64,000 nt of DNA from Oikopleura dioica (lineage: Eukaryota; Animalia; Chordata). Positions 10,040-21,400 of the stretch are shown one piece after another (the stretch's first letter is position 1; each line of letters opens with the position of its first letter). The notes under the pieces are model-generated. The model was not told where the DNA came from and made no database searches. It saw only the letters and a list, made by a program, of their open reading frames with translations. A program made the translations under genes and the position numbers. The stretch covers positions 16,007,208 through 16,071,207 of the forward strand of contig OU015568.1 of NCBI GenBank assembly GCA_907165135.1, written 5' to 3'.

Positions 10040-13000
10040 TTAAGAAGTGTGCTTGTTGAGGTACAGGTCGAAGAGTTTTCTGTTTGTACCAGAAACGCCA
10101 GCAAGGTAGGGCTCGACGATGTCTCTGCGTGCAGTGTAGATATGTACAAGACAGTAGACGACTGCTTTGCGAACAGCTGGGGTCTCATTTGTCCACTTGA
10201 GGAATAAGACTTTGAAATCATAGAAGAGTACTTACTTGTGAAATTAAATTATTGAAAAACTGCATGGACGCTTGTTTTGCTTCAATAGTAGAAGCGTTGG
10301 CATTGCTCAACTCAATTTTTTGACCTCGACGACTTGTCTAGCTATGTCGATAGAGTCGCGGTTGATTGGATTAACATCGGCGACGCCAGGCGCGAGTATT
10401 CCAAAGCACTTCCAAATGGACACGGTACACAGAAGACCAGTAGCTGCTGCCGTCAATGATCGAGGAAGAGAGTCTGCTTGTTTGACACCAGCAGTTGACT
10501 CCACATCGACTTTGATGAGGATTATCTGAAAGAAGACCATCAAAATGTTAATGAAGGCTCATTTTACCTTCTTTACACAAGCCTCAACAGCTTCCGGAGT
10601 GAGTGCCGATCCTTTGTTCTGCGCCAAATCTTTTATACAGTGAACGGAGACCAGCCTATCCTGCGTTGAGTTATCTTTATTTTCAGCAACTTCCACCAAA
10701 TGCGTCAAAGTCTGAATGACATGGTAAACATCCTTTAATTCATTACTTTTTGTATTACCCTGTTGATAAGCTTATCATCAATCGACGAGCTATCCTCCCT
10801 CAGGATGTCCCGAAGCGTATTTAGACCTGCTTTCAAACTATCAGGGTCGCCTCTTTGCAGTAAATGCAACGCCTCTAGTATCGGATTTGGCTTGGTAGCA
10901 GAGCCTGGTCGGTTGAGAAGATCAGTTGGCTCGAGAATTCCATGCTGAACGGTGCTGTCCAAATCCAACAGTGCCTATTTTTTCGTTAGAATGTGAAAAT
11001 ATAGAGCAGGGAAAAATGATAATTGGCTGATAAGTGAAGACATGTTCAAATTCGAGTAATCTAATCAAATTCCACTCCAATCTTGTAAGTGATTACCTGA
11101 TGATGACTTGGAAACTATCAAAAAATAATAATTTTATAATTATAAATTCAAATCAAGATTTCTTGATTTGAATTTATGCCAGCATAAATAAACTTGTAAG
11201 TACCTGTTCGGCTTTCAGAAATTCAGAATCATCATCCATTTCTCCTGAAAAGTTCATCATGGTAATTTGCTCGCTGATGTTTCGGATTTCATCCTTCACC
11301 GATGATGGAGCTGGAGAAGCTCGAGCCGAAGTTCTCTCCGGAGTTGAATATCGCTCTGTCGTCCTACTGTAGTGATTTGATCCAAGTGATCCGTAGCTAC
11401 TCTTTCGCTCATATGACTTGCGGTCTGATGAGCTCGTTGATGGCAGTGAGGAAGGCTGACTAGAAGGAAATGTCGATTGAGTGAGAGGAGATTGCTCCCG
11501 GAGGACTTTTGTAGCACCGTCTTGGAAAGTTTTTGGCAAGTCATTGAGCGCAGCTGAAAACTAGAAAGCGCTAGAAGAAGCATTCTAAGTGTATAAAAAA
11601 CCTGGGCGGGATTTAATGCGAATAGAGCTTGAATAGCTGCTGCAGCTTCTCGCCTCACTTCCATAGATTTTTGCTCACATGACCAGCCGACTAGTTTTGA
11701 CATCACCAAACGAGTCTCTGAGCAGTTTTCTAACATGGTACTATCAAGGTAGCTGATAAGTTCACGTAGAAAACGAAGAGTAGCAGCTTTTTGACCGTAC
11801 TAAAAATTTTTGAAATCAAGGAAGAGTACGCGAAGTCTTACTGTTGGCTGAGTCACGCCAGGATCAACGAGGAATTTGCGGAGACGCGAGTAAATAAGCT
11901 CCTTCGGGAACTCACTCTTTATCGAATCCAGTACTTCTAGAGCTGCATGACGATCTTGGCCGAGTAGCGAGCCGAGACGCTTTAGGATTCCTACGAAAAA
12001 AATTACCAACGATCGCTATTTTAGATGATTACCTAGTAGAAGTACGTAAAGCCACTCTTTTACAGGCTCTTCCCTAGCATGTGCACTCAGAATTTTTGGA
12101 ATGACTCGGAAAACATGCGAAATGATTTTATCCGAGCCAGCTGATCCATTGATCATTTTCTGCATGATGTCAACGAGTCGTCTCATATCTGTCTTGTTCA
12201 AACTCAATCGCTGCTCGCACATCGTTTCTATCGTTGCCAGTGCTTGTTTTCTATCTGCGTTCGTTGTCGCTCCTTTCAATTAAAGTCAGCATGTGATTTT
12301 TTGCTTTGTATTACCTATCAATTGAGAAATAGCGTGTGATGGATTGATATCAGATTGGACACCGAGTAAATTTGATAGAAGACGTTGTCCAGCAGCACCC
12401 GATGGTAACATTTTTCTGTAAGAAAGCTTGTTAGTATTCTGGTTAGTAAGAGATGAAAAATCACTTTTGAGATATTTTCGATTTAGTTCAAGAACTCGTT
12501 CTTGATGCCCAAAGTGATGCAAGGGGCGAAATTTTCTCCTTTGACTTGATGAATAAGAAAGAGAACCGAGGGATCCCGATCGAGTATTTCGCCTAACTCT
12601 GTTTTATGTGGGAAAAGATGAGAGGATCAACGTTTTACCTGTCATAATAAATACTGTCAGGGCTGCCCTCGCGAGATCCAGCACGTGATCCTTGGCGAGA
12701 TCCAGTCCTAGAGGCGCTTCTGGAGCCATGTCTGGGGATGCGACTTGGCGTACGTCTGGTAGTACTGCCTGTCAGAGAGTGAGGTGGTGAGTTTGATCGT
12801 GATCCTGGCTGTGAAGTTGTTCGACCCGGCGTTCCGAGGCTTTTTTGGGAGTATCTGGATTGAACGTGTTTGTATTTGTTCGACGGTGTTGATGGCTATT
12901 CACGATTTGAGAGGAGTTCAATGGCTTTTACTACCTTGGTATATGGATTCATTGTGGAGAATTTGGCATTGACAGGACCGAGGTCAGAGCGAGTTCGACT

Positions 13001-15124
13001 ACCGAGCGTTGGAGTCTTTGGAGTTCTTGCCCCTGATCGAGAGCCAAGGCTTGATGCAATCCTGTTCAGTGATCCTCTTGAGGAAGCAACAGAGCCGGTA
13101 GAAGCGATCGAGTCTTGGCTAAAATTTAATATGAATTACAAGGAACTTATTATTTTTCTTTAACTAATCACCATCTATATTAATTATAAAATATAGATAA
13201 GACGCTCATCATTTGCGCCCGACATATTCTGTGTGCTTATGTTCAACCTTGTGCGAAATCAAAGAAGCTAGTAGCTAAATATATTACTTGCCCATAAAGA
13301 CTTGACAGAATGGCACTAAGATGTTAGTAGATGTTAGTCAAGTTAAGTTATTGCAGGTCAAGTTTACCTATCGCTTCGTTTTAAGCCAGCTGAATTAAGA
13401 AGCTTCTGAACATTGGACGGCATTGATGATTTTATTAAGCTCGCTTCGGCAGGAAATTTATCGTTGAAATAGTGGAACAAGTCTCTTGAATACTGTCGAA
13501 CACCAGAGTCAGGATCCTGTAGCGATTTGCAAATAGCTGTGCGCAATTCTTCTAAAACTAAACGAAGGTTGAAAATTAGTCGGTTGAATTAAAGGCAAAC
13601 CTTTTTTGAGCTCATCCACTGACCAATCTTTGGACTTAACCATTAGACAAAGCATCAAAGTGCACTTTTTTCTAACAACGACGCTTTTTGAGTCCCGGAC
13701 TTGCTCCGTAATGTGAGGAACGAGCTTGTGGTACGGGCAATCTCGGATTATAACGTGACAGCAGGCGACTGCGGAACTCGCCATGATCTTCGCCGAGTTC
13801 GGGATGAGTTTCAGCAAGTTTGGCATGATGAGATTTACAAGGCTGCCAAAGTTTACAGTGCTCAGATTTTGCGCCATTGATCCAATTGTCACGCACGCTT
13901 CTCGCGTCACCTGCGATCTGAGATCGTTCAGCGCAGTGTTCAGACTTGGAGCGAGTTTTCTTAATTCCGTTCCCGCGAAACCAGCTAAAATTCGTTCCAT
14001 TCCGAGAAGACGCAACATCCGAAGCTCTTTGATTCGCACTTCCCAGTCCGTTGAGTTTGCCGTTAGATTGGATGTGATAGAATTTATAATGCTGTCGATT
14101 CCTCGAGGAGAGAAGTCCAACTTGTTCGGGTCAGGAAGACCTTCGTTGTACTCCCTTTCTAGCTCGGCAATACCGACTTCGCCTGCAGCGAGCTTCTCAC
14201 TGTCGCCACTTGCGTTTGGCCTCAATCTGGTAAGCGTCGATGAACCAACTCGTCGACCGGAAGCGCTCGGAGTTCGAGATCCAGGCCGGCTCGACGGTCT
14301 CGATGGCGTTTTATTACTACTTATGATGGCTGGATCGATGATCACTTCATCCATCTTCGCGATGATATTGTAGAGTCGCTTTGGATTCCTTTTTGTCAGG
14401 TCACACTTGAGTCGATTTCCGAAGCATCTGTAGCCCGCACAGATAGCTTCTATTCCGGCCTCTCTCACGTCGACTTGTCTATCGTCGTCGATGAGCCGGA
14501 GTAAGTCGCCGACTAATTTTGAGAAGCCAACTTCTTTTGCCTAAAAAAACGACATGACAATTGAGTGATGTAAATAAAGGTTTACCTTGCTAGGGAATTT
14601 GTCTAATGTGTGCCGTAGAAGATGGCATCCTCCCTCGCGCACTCGCCACACTTTATGACCCCAGGCTTGTTTGAGAATACGCTCCATCGCAAGCGCTTCC
14701 GGTCCATCATAAGCCGCTTGAAAGATGTTGAGAAACATCTGGATAGCTGGATCCTGAATCTGCTGGTCGCCCATTTTCGCGATCAGCTGAACGTCGCATT
14801 TTGTCAGGAGCGCGCGGAACTTTGTCCCCATGTAGCCGACAACGATGGATAGGAGGTCGATTCCCTGGAGGGAGACACGGTGGTTACTCGAACCGATCCA
14901 ATTTGTCGCTATATCTGATACGCACTAAAAGGCCAATTTTAGAAAGACCGATCATTGATTATTGCCTCAGAACTTACTCTAGTCTCCTCATTATCTGGCA
15001 GACGACCTTGGCGGACATTGAGGCCAGTTTGTGATATTTCATCAACCAACGACTGGCCTTTCTCAACTCTGAGACTGACTGTATTCAGCCTCAGAAGCTT
15101 CTCTAGTAATTGATCCGAGTCCAT
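10040..15124 (-). CDS. CLASP: CLIP-associating protein (TOG domains, SxIP motif, C-terminal CLIP-binding domain), many short introns
   Basis: TOG2 WEVRIKEL...LNDLRSQVTREAC...LIPNSAKIMASS...SKSVVVRKKC; DPDSGVRQYSR; SRIP in an S/R-rich linker; C-terminal TPAVRKAVVYCLV...KLFDLYL. Confidence 0.92.
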
Positions 15125-15610
15125 TATCTAAACTTATCTCGGGATAAAAAATTCGAAAAAAAAATCCACAAAAAACTGGCACTCCGACTGGCACAAACTG
15201 CTTCTTTGGCCAATTTCAAGGCTAAACGAGTTCAAATCTGCGATCAAAATCAAAATCATCGGTTGCTCGAGTTCACAACAACAACGACACAAATTGAAAA
15301 TTTTGATATTATCGGAGCACCAGTTTTGGACACGAATATTAACGAAACTGTTTTCTGTTATTACATGTGCGTCTACTCAGTCAATGAACAGTAAATATCT
15401 GAACTCATGAACACCTGGAGTAATCAAAGACAGAATCATCTAGAAAAAGATAAAAATTTAGGGCAAAAAGACGAAATTTGAAAAAAAAAGAAAGAGAATG
15501 CGTTTTCTCTGGCGCCAAAAAATGGTCTGGCGAAAAATGAACAAATTACTTTCCCTGGATGAGTTCTGTCTAAGTTCAGTATTATTGCAGTTTTGGGGAA
15601 AAGCTCGAAA

Positions 15611-16076
15611 TTACATGGGGTACGCGTGAGTGAAAAGGCGCTCGCAGCCTTCGACTTCGCCAATGTAATCTTCCATTTGCAAGTCATCGAGGCGACCTGA
15701 ACGCGATCGATTGTGAACCTGGAAAAAAGACAACTCACCTGAGAGGACATCTCCTCCGAGAGTTCGAAGAGATCGGCCGGGGACCTTGGGGCGGACAGAC
15801 TGAAGCCGCTCCATTTTCAAGCCCATGGCAAAACCGCGTCCCTAGAGGTCAAATGTTATCATTCTTTTTCCTTTCTCTAATGTTATCAAATCCTACTTGC
15901 TTTCAACTTACTCCAACTTGAAGAGCACGATTGAACATGGCAGCATCTTCCATTTCCGCCAAGGTCTTTGGCGCCTGCTGAAGAGGATGGAGAGCCTTAC
16001 CGGCAGTGTTCTGTCCTGGAAGAGTGAGCTCCAGGGAGTTCAAAGTGTTGGAAGGGAGAATCTGCTGCTTAGACAT
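15611..16076 (-). CDS. POMP: Proteasome maturation protein (UMP1/POMP), 3 exons
   Basis: Spliced translation ...ALHPLQQ...GRGFAMGLKME...GGDVLSGRLDDLQMEDYIG... follows the POMP HPL / G..A.LKLQME / DVLRG...FEDIL pattern. Not recovered by the ORF track. Confidence 0.72.
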
Positions 16077-16145
16077 TCTAAATATTAACCAGTTTTTTAA
16101 CCGTGCGTAATTAGTTTTAAATAGGTAATTTACATATTTTGGTAA

Positions 16146-17709
16146 TTAAAACTTTTGGCGGTAATAGAATTTAGGCACATTATCGAGTGGAATATTAAAT
16201 TTTTCCCTAATTTCTTCCTCAAAAGTTCTGTCTTCTTCCAGCTCCGCGCTGTAATCAATCACGCTGTCGAGATCGTCGAAGCCCATCTCTAAGCTGTTTC
16301 CTTTTCCATCTCTACTCGGATCAATCGAACCCGTCAAATTCTTCTTGATCGGCAAACTGACCGGCTAAAAAGCGTAAAATGCAGAAGTATTTCAACTGAA
16401 TTGCAATTTTCAAAGCACCTTCAATGACAAGGTTCATTGGGCAAAAAACGCGCGAACTTGCGCCCCCAGGGCATTCGAGCCAATCAAATTGAGGCGCGCT
16501 TTCTGAATAGGCCCCCCGCTTACCAGCTGTGATTCGCGGCATGTTCGCTCAGCCTGCAGATCTTGCCAGTCCATATTTTCAAAGTTCTTCAACGAGAAAT
16601 TGCCATAATTCATAACGAGATCTAAAAATGACGTTGATTTTTTCCAGTTTTCAACCTTTTTCACTCACCTAATGTTTCCAAAAGACCGTTTTCCTCCAAT
16701 GTATCTAGAATGTACTCTCTGTGGCTTCTGGTGTCATCCCCTTTATTGCTTTCCCAAGCAGAATGACTCAGCATCGTATCCTGAAACTTGTCATTCAGCA
16801 CATCTGGAATATCGTCCTTCATGATATTCTTCTGTGACAGCGGGCCGATCACATTTATGAGACTCCGGCCATGCTTCAAATATTTGACATCTCTGAAGGA
16901 TTTATTAATTTTTCTCTTCTCATTTTATTAGCTCTCTCTTACCTATAATTGAAGGGAATCGTCGCTGCTCGAGCTTCTGTGATCTGCGTTCTTTCGTAGA
17001 GCGAAAAGTTCAGCGTTCGGTCGGACTGACCTTGGCTGTGCGTGGAATTGAGCCCATCGACCCAGACGAGGCCATGTGGCATGTAAATATTTTTCACGAT
17101 TCCGAATCGTCTAGAAATCGAGTTTTCAGATAGCAGAGAATCGGGAGCACCTGTAGTCCGGGTGAGATGGATTGACGACCTTGACCACATCGCCTGGAAA
17201 CAACGCCCATTTCTTCGGATCAATAAGATCCAGGCTCGCCCAGTTGTCCTTCCACCATTTGGTCATTTTTCTTATCGCTCTGGTCATGTTCTCGTCGTAC
17301 TGACCGATCACATCCGAGCTATCGCCGAGTTGAACGAGTTTGTAATGATCCGTCGGAGAGCCCTCGTTGTATTTTGGAATGTATAGTGGCACCGTCTGTC
17401 CCTGTGGCGTATAAGTTCCGCCATATGCGGGTCTTCCACGCGGCTGTTGCGCCAGATCAACTTCCTTTACTGTCTATGCAAGCGTCGTAAAAATCGATTA
17501 ATTGGGACATAATTGCTTACAGATGCTCGATTGTAGGTCTCCTCCAGCGCCCCGGATCGCGAGAAATGCGCGTTCGGCGCGACCGGGGCTACCCGCGGTG
17601 GTTGAAGATGCTTCCCAGCCTTGTCAGATCCGTAAATGACCCGATCGAGGGGTTTTGTTTTGTAAACACCGCGCTTTCGTAGTCTTAGCGCGGCACCGCT
17701 CAGCCTCAT
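16146..17709 (-). CDS. MRPL24: Mitochondrial ribosomal protein uL24m, enlarged (about 400 aa, 6 exons)
   Basis: Starts MRLSGAAL; KOW region WALFPGDVVKV...GIVKNIYMPHGLVWVDGLNSTH; C-terminus RTFEEEIREKFNI...KFYY resembles MRPL24 KTLQEEVMEAMGI...KVYWY. Confidence 0.75.
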
Positions 17710-18438
17710 TCTTTGAGTTTTATGTATTAAAAATGGGTCAAAAGCAGGAGCCACTATATTTTTTTGTGAACAACAATCACTTATCTGATGGATAATGATG
17801 GTACTGTAATACGGAATATGAACGATTAAATGTCAATAACAAGTTTTAAGTACTTCTCTTGGTGTATGTTGAGCTTGGAAAAGTCTTGAAAGTCTAGCTT
17901 CATACGAATGAACTTAGAGTTAACATGGTTAATAATATGGTAGGAATCGGGAGTTTAAGAATACGCAAACTTGGCAAAATACCACATGTATCAATACAAA
18001 AGATAGAAAGGTAGAGTGGATTTCAATTGAACTAAGGATAAATATATTCTGGATGCATTACTGTCCTCGCAAAGTCGACCGTGGACGCAGGTCTCCAGCT
18101 GATTTTCGATCATCGGGCAAATGCAAAATTTCCAACATAAATGAATATAAAAAGGAGACTATATTTTGAATGATTGCACATAAGATTGGAGAGAACTCAT
18201 TTTTATTTTTTCTTTGAAGAGGAGAAAGAAGGATGGGTAAAATAATAAAAGATAATGAACACGACGTCACGAATAAGTTATATTTTTTTATCGAAGTGCA
18301 TGTTAAGTTATATATACAAGAATAAGAAGAAGCAAGTGTTTCCGAATTCGTCTTTGAACTAAGAGAAGCTGCTGTAAGATGGTGAGTAATTGCCTAGCGT
18401 GTCCATTGCAAAAAATAGGTTCAGTCAAGAAAAAAAAC

Positions 18439-21400
18439 TTAGAATTGTCCAGGCATTCCACCGAATTGGTTTGGCATGCCACCCATGCCCATGCCGTTTT
18501 GCATACCAGGCTGTCCCATACCGCCCATGCCAGGTTGACCGAATGGATTCTGAAAAGGTTATCAAAAATATCACTCGAGAAGGACTTTTACCGGTGCTCC
18601 TGCCATGCCGGGCATATGTGCAGAGTTCGCCAACATGAGCTGAGGCGCCATGATCATCGGCTGCTCGGGCTCTTCGGCTTTTTCGACCTCTTTCGTCGTC
18701 CTATTCTTTTCTGCATTTTCCAGGGTTTCGATTCGGAGGGTCATTTCACGAAGAGTCTATTATCAAGATAAGCATAAAAATGAGCGTCATTTGTTACCTG
18801 GATAAAGTAAGGCATGGCAAAGTCCTGGATTCCGTTTCTCCACGATTGTTCGAGAACAACGTCGGGTCGCATGAGGTCGTAACAGGTGTAAAGGCAGGCA
18901 GCATAACAATCATGTCGACCCTAGATTTTGTTAGATTTCGATAGAAACAATGAAAACTGACCTTTTTGAGGAACCAGTTGGCGAGTTCTTCCACAAGTTC
19001 GGTATCACGGCTCTCGGCAGCGTACTCCATTGCGTCTTTGAAAAGATCGTCCTTCTTGCAAAGCTCGACAGATTGCTGCCATCTACAGGAATATCGGTAA
19101 GAAATGTTGACAAAAAGAAATCAACCTGTTGTTCTTCTTGTAAAGGTAAGCAGCTATACGTCTGAATTCGAGGAGTTCGTGCTTTTCAAGTCGAAGAGCA
19201 AGGCCAATAGCATCAAAGGCATCATAGGAGTCGATGGAAGTTCGGAGAGCCTTATTTCAGTTAGTTTAGTCAGTAAGTACGCGCTTACCTGGTGATCTTC
19301 TTCTTCGATGAAAAGGTCGGACAATGCCTCGTTGACGGCCTTGTTGTTGATACCTTGGGAAGCTCGGAGGTAAGGCTTGACAAGAGCAAGCTGGTTCATC
19401 TAAGAAATATTTTTGAGATTTTGTTGTATATTGGAAATTATACCTTTTTAAAGAAGCAAACAGTTCGGGTGTGGTCGATTCGTGGGCTAAGAGCATTGAG
19501 CAAGTCGTTGATAAGAAGAGGCTTGAAGTCGATGTAGAACTGGAGAGCCTTGTAGTAAAGCTCGATGTTGGCGACCTTGGTGATGATGTCCTTGAAGAGT
19601 CCCTCTTTCCATGCGACAGTTGGGTGCTTCATCATTGTCAAGATGGCGTTGTCGTACTCCTCGTACTTGTCGTAGAGGAAAACAAGCTCGGCCCACAAGT
19701 GTGCAGTCTCGGCAGCTCGGAGGACCTTGGGAATATTGACACGAGACCAGAAGAGCTCGAGGTGCTCCTTCATCTTCTCAGGCTTGTACTTGGAGTAAAG
19801 AATAGCAAGCTCGGTAAACATGCCCATGTGAGCACGTTCGAGTCCGAGGGCGCCTTCGAGCATGGTGATGAGCTCCTCAAAGAATCCACGATCCTGGTAG
19901 TAGCTGATAAGATCATCGAGTTCGTCAGCATGGACAACGATGTTGAGGCCACAGAGTTGAGCAAGTCGGAACTCGCCATTTTCGACGCAAGAAAAGCAGA
20001 CTTCCTTCCATGTTCGGGTTGAATTGGCCTTCTTGGCAGCCTCGACAGCAGCCTGATACTCTCCAAGTTTGACGAGAGTAGAAGCAAGTCTAGCGAAGTT
20101 GGAAATGCTGGCGTATAGGACCTTGGCAGCCTGGTACATCTCTTGATCATAGCATCGATCACCGATCTGCTGGACATTAGCGTTGTTGGAAGTGGCGATG
20201 AACTCTTCAAGCTCAGCGAGTCTATTCGTCTTTGCGAACGCGTAGCAGAGCTCGGTTTCAACGTAAGCTTCTCGGGTCTGAAATGACAGTTAGACTCTTT
20301 CATAGTGAGATAAGGGAATCTTTAAAGATTCTATTTTTCTTCAATCTAGTTTCCCACTAATAAACTAGATCTCAATTATCACTCAAACTTCAATGCATGC
20401 AAAAATCAGATTTAACGCTTACTGTATATGATTCTGCCAAATCCTGAAACAATAAAGAGGGATAAAAGTCTAATAAGTTACCTTCTTTCGGGCCATCTGA
20501 AGGAACTTCACAAGATCATCAAATTCAGAGTTTCGATGAGCAGCATCAACGACTTCCATGTAAGCAGAAGGATCATCAGCCTTGATGAAGGAGTCGATGG
20601 CTTCTTTTACGAGGTTCTCAACGAGTTGAGCTTTACCGAGGAGGCTCCAAACTTCAGGAGTTGAAATGCGTTCGGCGAATTCGTAAGCTCGATCGAGATT
20701 CTTGACATTGTTGATCAAGACTTCCATGGCAGAAGTCGTGGCGTCGAACTTCTTGAAGATAGCGAATGCTTCCTCATAGAGCTCATTGTTGATACAGATT
20801 TCAGCAATATCTGGGGCATCGTAGTTGTCAAGTCGAGAGATGTAGTCCATAACGCGGGTAGTGTCAGCCTTGACAGCAGTGAGGATGAGCAAGTTCTGCA
20901 AGTTTCGATGGTCGGAGAAGACGGAGTTTTCGAGAACGACCTTTTCCAAAAGCTCGATCAGCTCGTTTGGCAAGTCAGCTTCCATGAAGCTCTTGACAGT
21001 CACGGAGATCTCATCAGGATCCTGAGCCTCACCGAGAGCGGTCTGGACGACTTGATCGATGACAGATCGTCTGTGTGGGTTATCGTCAACAAGGACCTTT
21101 CCCCAGAGCTCGGGATCTTTTCTTCGGACAAGGTAACGCGCTTCGTTCTTGAACAATGAGTTTTCGTTGCAGACCTTGATGAGTTCATCGTCGCACATTC
21201 CACGCTCGTACGCAACGCATGCGAGATGAGGATCTCGCTTTTCGCAGTATTTACCGACAACAGCGGAGTCATAGAAGGGGTTCTCGCGGAGGAATCGCTC
21301 AGGGTTGTTGTTGGCATCAATGTAGATCTTGGCCAAAGCATTGTGAGTGGCGGGTTCTTGGCAGCCTTCAGCAATTCGCGACTCAAGCCATGGGAGGAGA

